Origin: Camelus ferus
Lineage: Eukaryota
DNA length: 64,000 nt
Assembly (NCBI RefSeq): GCF_009834535.1
Contig: NC_045707.1
Coordinates: 46,192,001 to 46,256,000 of the forward strand
Reading direction: 5' to 3'
This document shows positions 48,861 to 60,440 of this stretch, piece by piece; position 1 is the stretch's first letter; the number at the start of each line of letters is the position of its first letter. The notes under the pieces are model-generated. The model saw only the letters and a program-made list of their open reading frames with translations. It did no database searches and was not told the DNA's origin. Both the position numbers and the translations under genes were made by a program.

Positions 48861-51800
48861 TACTGAAATTATCGTATTTGATAAAGAATTTTACCTGTAG
48901 GAAATAATACCACAGAACAGAACAACTCAGCTATAAGACAGTTGAGTGCCTACCGTGTTCAAGAGATAGTGTGAGGCTCTGGGACTGCACAAAAGGGGGA
49001 AAAAGAATAAGGCAACTAATAATATGAAGCAGTAAAAGATTTAGTGCTACAGGAGGGACTCAGACAGTAAGAGTAGTAGGGGTTCTGAGTAAGCACTGAT
49101 GACTGGATTGGAGGTGATAAGAAACACCTTTGTGTAGAAGAGGTTAAATTGAGCCAGACTCTGAAGGAACCCCAGGATTTTGGTAAGTAGAGAGGTGGGG
49201 GTGGCATTCCAGGAAGCCTGGGGTTTGAGAAAGAACATAGGCTATAGAATCAGAACTGAGCTTGAACTCTGGCTCACCACTCACTAGTTTGTGACCTTGT
49301 CAAAGTCTTTGATTTCTTTGATACTCATCATGATAGACTAAACATAACTCGTAGAATTAGGGTGGGGATTAGAAAAAAAAATGTCAAACATCTGTCATGC
49401 TTATGGGCAGGTGGCAGGCACCAAGTCTAGATTGTGGAGGGGATGGTTAGACTGCATGTTGTGGGGAAGTGGAGGACATGAGCAAAGGTGAGGTGAGTTA
49501 GAAGAAGTGCTCTGGGCGTGTTGTTCTCAGTCTGGTCAGTGTTCACCTGGATAAGGCCATTTGTTCTAGGTAAGAGAGTGTGTGTACAAAATCTGGAGAG
49601 AGACAGGTTTGGGTCAAGACATGGAGGGCATTGACTAATGGAATCATCCTACAGACATCCTGTGGTGACCATTGAGAGGAGCAGCCTGGAGACAGTGAGA
49701 TGAGTTAGATCATTGCAGTGGTCCAGATGTGCAGTAGAGAAGACCTAGACCAGGCAGGTATCAGGTGCTGGAGAGAAAGAAAGGGTTAGGTGTTGGAGAG
49801 AACATCAAGAAAGAAAGAGAACTTAGTGATGTGCGAGGCAAGGGCGAGGAACCATTTAGCTCTGAGTACCAGAGACTGAATGCCTGTCAGTTGTTTAGTG
49901 TGAAATTCAGAACCAACTTGCAACACTTTCAGATAATCATATCCTAGGTTGGGGCAAGAACATTTGGCAAGATTTATTGACATTTTTGATGAAAGATGCT
50001 ATAGAAGTAGACAATAAATGATCATGCCCAAATCTGCTTGTCATTTAAATCTTGCCTAATTATGTTAGTCACTTTCCCACAGTTTATATATAAAATTTGA
50101 TTTCTTTGAAGGATGTTGCCCTTCATAAAATAGATACCCTGCCTCTGATTAGCTATGAGTGAGCACTGAGTCTGTCCTGTAGTGTGAAATATGTATTCAC
50201 TCATTGTTGACTACATATTAGTCCAGGATGAAAGGCACTCGAGTAAAATCTTTCTCTGACACAGGGATTATGATACTTATAGATATATTTACAGTGGACT
50301 TATTAATAAACCATCAGTCATAACAATAATTAATGACACCAGAGGCATTATCAAATGTAGAAATCAAGGAAGTTTCAGTTCATAAAATTCATGATAATGT
50401 CTTGGACTGAATGAGGTTTCATAATGTTCTCAGTTGGTAAGTTGTGAACAGATGGTCCTCTAACATTTTGGAATGCTGAATAAGGTAGGTGGACTGAGTC
50501 AAGTTAATAAAAGTGCACCACACTGGAATATTAGTATGTAGTTAGCAGCCCTTGGAGTCTTACTAAGTTCACCAGCTCCCCCAGTATAAGGCAGAAGACA
50601 GTCCCATCATTTGTGTATCTGAAGGAACTAGGCATGAGTAAACCCTCTTAGGAAAGGCATTCTTCCATCTGGGCATACAGTTATTATGGTTTCCAATGGT
50701 AATTCTGCACACAGGCAGTTCTGTAATAAGCTCAGGACAGGTGTCCCTGTCTGAGAGTTCTTGCAGTCTCATTAGGAAGTTGGGGCTCTAAGCCAGGTGA
50801 CCCATGATTTGGTGACAGTTCCCAGTAAAGGGAAAAAAGCATGTCATTGAAACTTTCCCAGACTACCTTCTAGCCTTCACACACCCCCCCCTTTTTTTTT
50901 TTACTAATCTCATTTGGATTTTTAATTTTTCCCTACATAACTGGAGTTGTAATAGATACACAGTGTAGAGTAGGTGCCCTTTGGTGCTTTCCTCCAGTCT
51001 GAAGAACCTGAGATGTTTCCTGTGACTGTGGCCTAGAGTGAGGAGAATTTGATTTGTGTGTGGCATGCATAAAGTGAAGATGAATTTCTCTTTTTAGTCC
51101 ATAAATAAAAGACAAAAGAAATTGTACCCTTCAGGGAAGTTGTTTTTAATTCTTGCCTGTTCTTTCATCCTGGGTAAAAATTTTGCTCTTTGTAATCTGT
51201 CTAAACCTCTGACAGAAAGCGCGGAGTTGGGGGGGTTGCCATGATAATTAGTTTGTTTAGCATTTCAGGTCCCCTGAAAAGAGATGAGTCGAGATGGGGT
51301 AAATCACTGATTGTGTGTCTCTGAGGCAAAATGTCTGATTTTCTGTCATGTGATGGACTTCATGATTTTAGATGAGAATTCAGCTGTCCTTAGCTTCAAA
51401 TGATTTTTTTTTAAAACAGTAGATCCGGTTACCTGATCCCTGCATCCCAGACAGATGCTCATTTAGTGCTGGTATGCAATGCAGTGTGAGTGTACAGACA
51501 TATAGTGATGAAATCTTACAGATTCATTAATCCTTATGTGACTGCACAGTACATAAACCACATCCAAAATCCCTATGTACAATATAGTCATAGTTCTGTG
51601 TTTGTAAAAAAATTAACAAGGAGTGTTTGTATTTAGGGAGGGTTATGGTTGATTTTTCCCCCTACTCTGATATTTCAACTTCTCTATTTCTTAGTATTTT
51701 ATTTTTATGATTAAAACATTTTCTCAGCTACTTAAAAAAGTCCCTGGCTTCCCCCTTGCTTGTATGATGAAGTGACAAGTCTAGCATGGTTTACACAGAG

Positions 51801-54504
51801 CCTGCCACAGGCTGTCTGCAGTATTCAGAGTTTCATGCCTCCTCCCTTTAGAAATACTTGCCCTGCACCTCTTTTTTGCCCCAGTCCTCAATCATACCCT
51901 GATTTTGAATGACCCATTTAGTCATTCTAAGTTCTAGATGCCCAAAGAAACTTTTAGTTTCCTAAATATTCTACCTTTTGCCTCTGTGGACACCCTGTGC
52001 CCCTCCTAGGCTCTCTTGGCTGATTTTTGAGCCTCTTCTAAGTCCAAGTCAAATATCTTCTTAGACAATGTCTCACTGAAGCCTTCTGGTTACTTATTTC
52101 CGTTTCTTTGTTTTCTCTAGTACTTTCTAGATTTTTTTTTTTCACAGTTGTGTAGTTCTCTGTGTCTCCCAGTTAACTCCTTGGGCAGTTTATCTTACTC
52201 ATCTTTCTGACTCAAGTACTTTTAGCCTACTGCCTGGTTCACAAAAGATGCCCGGAAAACCATTTCTGAAGTAGAAGTTCTGTATCTTAGGAGTGTGGTT
52301 TGCAACCTAAATTAATCAATTCCATTAACTGTCATGAAAACAATTTGGTCCAAGTAAGTGAGGAAGCCCTAATTGTACTTTGTGTGCTTTTTGAAAAACA
52401 CTGGCTTTCTCAATAACTATTATAATAATGAACCAGGTCATTTACAGTCTGCATCAACACGGTATTTAGGATTTTGCTGCATTTTGCAGAATGTAAGATT
52501 AAATATTTTTGTGTCTAAATCTGATGTATTCAGTTACACCATAGATATTAGTACCTTAATAATGTGCCATACAGATTTCTACTCTTTTCCTGTATTTTGT
52601 ACATTTGTTCTTCTGTATCTTGGTATTAAAAACAAATATTAGATATTATCATGAAATATTTATTAGATAATGTCATGAAAGTTTAGGAAACATTGAAAAT
52701 GTTAAAGAGCAGACAAAGTGAAGCATGAACATCATTGAAATTAAAGTTCTTTTCCTTCTAGAATTGGGCAATTCTGTATGTTCATCAACATGGGTTTATT
52801 GAGTACTTGCAATGTTATAGGTACTGTAAAGATAAAGTAGTCATTTTTACAGCTCCTGTGTTTTCATTTTCTATGGTTTTTTTTTTTGTATTTTATTTTT
52901 TACTCTTGAGGAATAACTTGCGGTAACATGCGTACACCTTAAATGTAGAGTTCGATGGTTTTTACCTGTGTGTGCATCAGGTGACTGTCATCTGCGTCGG
53001 CGTTGTCAGCCCCCGGCACCCCCTTGTGCCACCTTCTGCCAAACATCCTCCTCATTCCTGCCTCCCCGCGAGGGTAGCCACTATTCTGATGTCCACGTCA
53101 CTGGAATCCCTTTAGGTAGTTTCTTTCATTAAATGTGACCATTTGAGATTCACCTGCGTCGTGCGTTGATAGTTGCTCATTCTTTTAACTTGCTGCATGT
53201 GATTTTTAACAGCCTTTTTGCTTAATTTTCATTTTAGTGGGTGAGATTCATCATACAGAAATTTAAATATTCAATTTGTGTTCATTGGTATGTGCAGACC
53301 TAGTAGTGATTGGATTGTCAAGAAGAAGAGCTGCAAAGGCTTAGAGGTTGCAGAGTTCAACCCCTTCATTTTCTCAAATGAGGGACCTCAGACTGAAGAG
53401 TTAACTAGACCCCAGGTCCCCCATCCATCTAGTCCAGATTTCTTCGTGCAGTCAGGATGCTGTGTCACAATTTAAACTTGATCCTATGGTTGATCCCAGT
53501 CAACAGGAATGCAGTCTTGGGAATTGATTAATTTAGAAATCCATAATCAGCAACACTTAATATGTTGACCCATAAATGGTAAGAATTTCAGTTATCTGGA
53601 AATTTCTTTCATCTATGATACTTGTCTTTTAGTGTCAGTTAAATTGAGGTGTTGCTTACTTTGTCAGTGAAACTTATTTTTTTATTAGAACCAGTGCTTA
53701 AAGGAGAAGGAAGGGGAACATTTTAACTAGTATGCATGTTTATTATGACATTTCACTTTCAATGCATCGTCTTAAACTTTTGCTGTTCCAGATGCTGTTC
53801 TTTTCAAGCCTAGATGGAGACCACAGAGATTACTCTTAGAATGAGAAGTCATAGGGTAAATTCTGATTCTGTGGTCTCTGCAAGTGAAAAACTAGCCCTT
53901 AATCTTATACCTTCCTGCTACGGTAACAGAGATTCATAGAAAGTTCCATAGAAAGGATTTGAAAGGACAGATTAGTGGACTCATAGCAGTGGAAGATTAA
54001 ATTCCTTATTGACCTACTGGCCAGGGAGTATCCACAGGACATTCTTCAGTATGTTAGAGCCTCCTTACATATAATTAGTAAACGTAGAAATAAGCGGCTT
54101 ATGTTTTTCCTGTAATTAGGAAGCACTATTTTTCAAGCAGCATTGAAACCCATTACTTGGTTATGAAATAAATTTAATGAATAGCAACTATCATTTTATG
54201 TTTTTAGATGGAGAAGCAGAAGGAAGAATACAGCAAATACCCATCTATATTATCCAGATTCAACAATTAACATTTTTCACATTTATTTTATGTCTAAATT
54301 TGTGTCCGTCTGTGTTTTTTTCAAAGTAAGTTACATGCAGTAATCAGGGCACGTTGTTTCTGATATGTATCTAAAAACGACTTTTTCCACATATTAAAAT
54401 TAACACACCACAAGATTACGATTTCCTAAAATGCAGTTGTTCAAAAAATGAGCTAACTTTGTTTTCTAAAATACAGTTGCATTTCTCTAATACTATGTAC
54501 AGAA

Positions 54505-55765
54505 ATGAATTCAAAATGGATTAAAGACCTAAATGTAAGACTGGGTACTGTAAAACTCCTAGAGGAAAACATAGGCAGAACACTCTTTGACATAAATTGC
54601 AGCAATATTTTTTTTTAACCAGCTCCTAGAGTACTGGGAATAAAAGCAAAAATAAACAAATGGGACCTAATTAAATTTAAAAGCTTTTGCACACCAAAGG
54701 AAACTATAAACAAAACGAAAAGACAGCCTACGGAATGGGAGAAGGTATTTGCAAATGACGTGACCAACAAGGGACTAATTCCAAAATATACAAACAGCTC
54801 ATACAACTTAATATGTTGGATTTTTTTATATGTATATAAAAAACTTAATATGTATATTAAAAAAATCCAATCAAAAAATGAGCAGAATACCTAAATAAAC
54901 GTTTCTCCAAAGAAGATATCCAGATAGCCAAGAGGCAAATGAAAATATGCTCAACATCACTAATTATTAGAGAAATGCAGTATCACCTCATACCAGCCAG
55001 AATGACTGTCATTAAAAAGTCTACAAATAATAAACACTGGAGGGGGTGTGGGGAAAAAGGAACCCTCCTACACTGTTGGTGGGAATGTAGTTCGGTGCAG
55101 CCGCTATGGAGGACAGTATCGAGGTTCCTTAAAAACTAAAAATAGACTTATCATATGATCCAGCAATCCCACTCCTGGGCATATATCCGGAGAAAACTCT
55201 TAATTCAAAAAGGCACATGCAGTCCAATGTTCACAGCAGCACTGTTTACAGTAGCCAAGACATGGAAGCAACCTAAATGTCCATCGACAGATGAATGGAT
55301 TAAGAAGGTGTGGTATGTTTATACAATGGAATATTACCGTAAAGAATGAAATAATGCCATTTGCAGCAACATGGAGGGACCTAGAGAAGTGAAGTAAGTC
55401 AGACAGAGAAAGACATAAAAGATATAATATCACTTACATGTGGAATCTAAAAAAAGATACAGATTTTATTTGCAAACTAAAAAGAGACTCACAGACATAG
55501 AAAACACTGTGGTTACCAAAGGGGAAAGGGTGGGGAGAGATAAATTAGGAGTTTGGGATTAACAGATACCCATTACTATACATAAAATAGATAAACAACA
55601 AGGACCTACTATATAACATAGGGAGCTGTATTCAATTTCTTGTAATAAGATGTAATGGAAAAGAATTGAAAAAATATGTATGTATATGTATAACTGAAGT
55701 GCTTTGCTGTACGCCTGAAACATTGTAAATCAAGTGTACTTCAATAAAAATTAAAATAAAAAAAT
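54505..55765 (+). mobile_element. 5'-truncated L1 (degenerate ORF2 C-terminus, 3'UTR, A tail)
   Basis: AAAATGGATTAAAGACCTAAATGTAAGAC...; peptides [17 protein letters not shown] and MFTAALFTVAKTWKQPKCPSTDEWIKK in different frames; AATAAA plus A-rich end. Confidence 0.93.
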
Positions 55766-57446
55766 TTACGCATTGTATGTAATAAAGATAAATGTTTCAT
55801 AAAACTTGTTTCAGTTATGTGTGTGTGTATATGCACACATGTACAATGTATGTATTGGTACATAACATATTTCTTACTGTGGGTCTCATTCAGAGTTTGG
55901 AATATCCTGAGAGAAGTTGATTATAAATAAGGATTTGGTCCCCAGTAATGCTGCTAGTTCTGTGATGAGTGTTGGATGGCATCTAAAAAGTGAATACTTT
56001 CAATAACCTTAATATCCAACAAGGAAGATAAAACAAGTAGGGAGCCACTTAGCAGTATGAATAAAAGCCAGGGTGGATCAGGAAGTAATAATGGGCCTCT
56101 CATGGAAGAGATCTTGAAGTGATGGTAGGATTTGAATAAAACAGAGGCCTTGGAAATGGGTGTCCAGAGGGAGTTATATAAGTATTGAAGTTAAAAAAAA
56201 AAGTTCAGAAATATTTTCAGTGTGCAGTGCTGAGATCTGTCTGGTGGGTAGTTGGAAGAAAGGAGGAAGACACTGGAGAGTTGGAATGGGAAAATTTACT
56301 CAGATTAAGTACCAGCAGGAGGAAGAACACAGTTCTTTTATTAACACATTGAACACCACTGTCACCCAGATTGGGTTTCCTCAGGGGCGCCCGATCCACA
56401 GTGAGCGATCAGTGTGTTAAAGGAAGAACCATTGTACATCTTGAGCAGTGTTGTAACGTGATGAAAGCGGAAGTTTGGAAGATTAGTGTAATGACTCTCT
56501 ATGGACTGGACTGAAGAAGTAAAATGCTGAAAGTGATGAAACCTGGTTAGATCATTGCCCTTTGTATAGGTGAGGTAGGAGGTGAGAGGCTGGATTCTGG
56601 CAGGTGGACCTGGAATGGAAATAGCAAGGGAGTGTCAATCTAGACAGAAATTGCTGAACCAAAAAAAAAAAAAAAAAAAGAATTTGGTGGCAGTTTGAAT
56701 AAGAGATGAAGGAGAGAGAACTAAAATTAGAGAATGAAGCCACTGATAGATAAGGTCATAAAATTAGCTATAGCCCAACTTAAAAAAATTCCACACTTTA
56801 TCTATAAAGACAAGCTTTCAGGACATAATACTCTCAAGAAGTAATTTAGGAGGCTTTTTAGGGAAAGTAGCAGGTTATAATCATTAGGTAAGCTTTTCTA
56901 ATACAATTTTCCCTTGTTTTACTTTAAGATTTAGAGATGGGAAATGGTAGACATCTGTCTTAGAGTTCTGCTTTTACTGAAAATAGCAACATAGAAGATT
57001 AATAACACCTATTTTAAAAATTAGGGGCCAGAAAAAAAATTAAGGACCAGATATTGAGATAGAAAATTTTAGCCATTTGAGGTACTATACCTTTTTAAAA
57101 GTTAGATTGCATCACTCAAATACTAGGTCGCCTCGTCTGCTTTTGAGGTGGTGGGCATCTTTTAAAAAATTATTAGCTTTACTGTTCAGGTTCATTGAAA
57201 CTTGATGTTTAATGGAAATTCCTGGTGTGGGTTTGAGATTCTGCTTGTCTTTTTTTTTTTCCTGCCTCTCTGCAGCAAGATGCAGGTGCTTCTACAAGCA
57301 GATTTCATGGGCAGGGGGGCTTAGGGAGGGGGCAGGGAGCAATTGTCAGCTTCTACTGGAAGAGCTCAGTCATGACAACAACTACACCATTGTTCGTGGT
57401 TCTAGACTTTTCTAAAGTTCCCACCTATTGAGTGTGTGCTGTGGAT

Positions 57447-57690
57447 AATAAACAGTAGCTTATACTCAGAGCACTTACTCTATGCGAGGCCATGTTCCAG
57501 GCACATCACAGATATTAATTCATCTAATCCTCAGAGTCACCCTGTGAAGTTGATGCCCACCCCGCACTTTACAGATGAGGAAACTGAGGCATAGAGAGAG
57601 TAAAGAACTGCTTGCCCAAGGTGATGCGATTAAGGTGGCAGAGCTGGAATTTGAACCTACATAGCCTGGCTCTGAGTCTGTGCTTTGGAA
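57447..57690 (-). mobile_element. Near full-length MIR SINE
   Basis: TTTACAGATGAGGAAACTGAGGCATAGAGAG...CTTGCCCAAGGT...GGCAGAGCTGGAATTTGAACC. Confidence 0.85.
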
Positions 57691-58484
57691 TCACTAAGTT
57701 ATGTTACCGCTGTGACATAGTTAACCTCTGTTTAGAATATGTGGCTTTGGAATCAGGGCTTTCCTGTGAATCTGAGCTGACTAGTGACTGCAGGTGTTGT
57801 GAGTGGCCCCAGAAGGCTGTCCCCTCTGTTTGGAAATAGAATCAACCCAAATATAGACTTGGATTCCAAGAAGGGTCATGGTATAATGTTTATCGTAAAA
57901 ATCACAACCCAGAGTTCGTTTCTTTGCAGTTTCCTTCCTCCCAGATTACAAAACAATAGGTTCCTCGAGGACTGTTGTCTGTCTGAAGCACGACTCTTGG
58001 GTGCTTGTGCGGTGGCTGTGGGAGAAGGAAGCCGCCTCTTATCTGCATCTTGGTAGCTGAGCCCTTAGTGATTAGGCACTGGGGCGTTCGCCAGAAGAGG
58101 GAGTTTCTGTTCATGCCAGCATGTTTCACTGCATTGAGAATCATTTTTGGTGGTTAAAGCAGAAGCAACCTACATTATTTTTTTATTACACAAGATATCT
58201 TGGGATTTAAGCTAGTTTCTTGTCTTACTTATTAAATGTCAAATTGGGAACGTCTCCAGTAATTGCCTTGTGGCATCAAGAACTGTCTGAAGCCGTCTGT
58301 TAGGATTCGCTTTTCTGGGTTCTCTACCACAAAGTACTTTCTACTTCGCAATATTTAATGGTAGCACAGTGCTTTAAGTAAACTAAATTTTAGGGTCTGT
58401 TGGGGTTATAGGAGACATGTTCATATCCAGGAAAGGGTCTGGTATGTGCAGTAGGCTCTCAGTAAAAGGTGTGGGCATGTTATT

Positions 58485-58670
58485 AGAGCCCAGACCTTGG
58501 ATCCAGCTGGAATCACAGCTCTTCTACATGCTAGCTTTTATGATTTCAGACAGGTCACTTAACTTCCCATCTGTAAAATGGGAATAATTGTTTTCATCTC
58601 AGATTCTTGAAAGGAAAAATAAAATAATGTATGTGAAGCATTTTGAAAATATATGCGATGCTCACTAAGT
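58485..58670 (+). mobile_element. MIR SINE
   Basis: GTCACTTAACTTCCCATCTGTAAAATGGGAATAAT...ATAATGTATGTGAAGCA. Confidence 0.7.
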
Positions 58671-58874
58671 CCCTAATAACTGGTAGCTTCTCTTTTTAAA
58701 ATAAATTTGAACTATCTTGCCAAGATCCTGTCCTCTCTTGGACCGTTCTTACTGAGGCCTGCTTTTGCCCTTTAAACAATTCACTGCCTTCTTAGCCTTT
58801 GGAGGATAGAAGGGCTCCTTTATTTTTGTGTTTCTGTTCTATTGAATTGTTATTTCCTAAGGGATAAGGGACTA

Positions 58875-59063
58875 CAGTCGTCCCTCGGTATCCGTGGGGC
58901 ATTAGTTTCAGGACCCGCCTTGGATACGCAAGTCCATAGTCTGTCCCGAAATCTGCAGATTCAGTCAGCCACGGGTTGTGTAATACTGTAGTATTGATTG
59001 AGAAAAATCCTCATGTAAGACTCGCCCAGTTCAAACCTGTGTTGTTTGTTCGAGGTTCAACTG
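58875..59063 (+). mobile_element. Tigger-derived MITE (MER8-like) with terminal inverted repeats and TA target duplication
   Basis: TA|CAGTCGTCCCTCGGTATCCGTGGGG ... CGAGGTTCAACTG|TA. Confidence 0.88.
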
Positions 59064-60228
59064 TATTCTTGACAATCTTGCTGGTGCATTGGATAAATTA
59101 TTTTTTAAAGTTTTTTATTTAATGCAGTGCAAGACTGCTTCCTTATATGCCATCGCAAATAATGCATTAAGTTAAAACTTGGGTGTGTAGGAAGGAGCAG
59201 GAGCCTAGTTCTCTGCAACAGTTAGGATGGTAATCATGGGGAGAGATGTCACTTAGGGAGCAAGGGGGAACAACTGCATCTCCTGTACGTTGTGGGTCTT
59301 AGCATCTATTATGTGGTCATTGGTCACCTGCATTCCATTTGGAGCAGCAAAGTGCCATGTGGTTTGTTACTCTCCTGAATATTTGATCTCTTGCATGAAT
59401 CAAAAGCCATTAACAGTCACAGTCCAGTCTGTCTTGAAAGCAGTCCACAACCACCTCAGCTGCAAGTTCTTCTCCATGTCGTTGCAATGCAAGCAGCTGA
59501 GGATATAAACATGTGGGACAACTGGCTGCCCCAGTTGGCTGTCTGTCAACCATTGATTCATGCAACAGATAACAAGGTCCTTTGAGAAAGGAATGTGGGG
59601 CAGGACACAGGTGGCTTATGAAACATTCCCTCCCCTCAGGCTTTAAGACAAGGGGGGAACAAATGTTCTGCATGCACTCACCATACCTAGAGAAGACGGA
59701 AATGCAGGTTTGGGAGAGAGTACAAAGGAAGCTGGGCATGGGAATGGGGAGGCTTTGTGGAAGAGACAGTGTTTGGATTGGTCCTTGAAAGGGATATTGG
59801 GATGGAGGTGTGAGAGGACGTACTAGGGTGAGGAGCTAGCAGGTATTTAATATGTGAAGCATTCAGGAGCGTATTGGACTAATCGGAGTCAGTGAAGTTA
59901 AAAACTTTAGACCTCAGTACAAATCTTGGTTCTGTGTCTTATTAGCTGTAACCACAAGTGATTGGTTGCCTCCTCACATCAGAACCTATAAAGCATAGCT
60001 AATGACGCCTACTTCATGGAGCTGGGGGGTTAGACGGGAGTGGACATACAGCTCCAGGCTTACTCCTGGGCTGGTGCATGGATGTGCTCAAAGTAGCACC
60101 ATGGGTAAGTCTACAGGTATACGGCTCAGATAGGATCAAGAGAATTTTAAATTCCTTGCTAAGGATTTCACACTTTAGGGAACTTTAAAGGTTTTTAAGA
60201 AATAACAGGACATGATTTGATTTATCTT

Positions 60229-60440
60229 GTTTTTTTTAAATTGAAGTACCATCAGTTACAATGTGTCAATTTCTGGTCTACAGCACAATGTCCCAGTCAT
60301 GAATATACATACATACATATTCATTTTCATATTTTTTTGTTAAAGGTTATTACAAGATATTGAACATATGAAAAAAAGATATTGAATATAGTTTCCTGTG
60401 CTATACAGAAGAAACTTGCTTTGTTTTAATCTATTTTTAT
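60229..60440 (-). mobile_element. Short L1 3'-end insertion
   Basis: TTGAAGTACCATCAGTTACAATGTGTCAATTTCTGGT...CCTGTGCTATACAG. Similar to the 16815-17013 copy. Confidence 0.8.
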
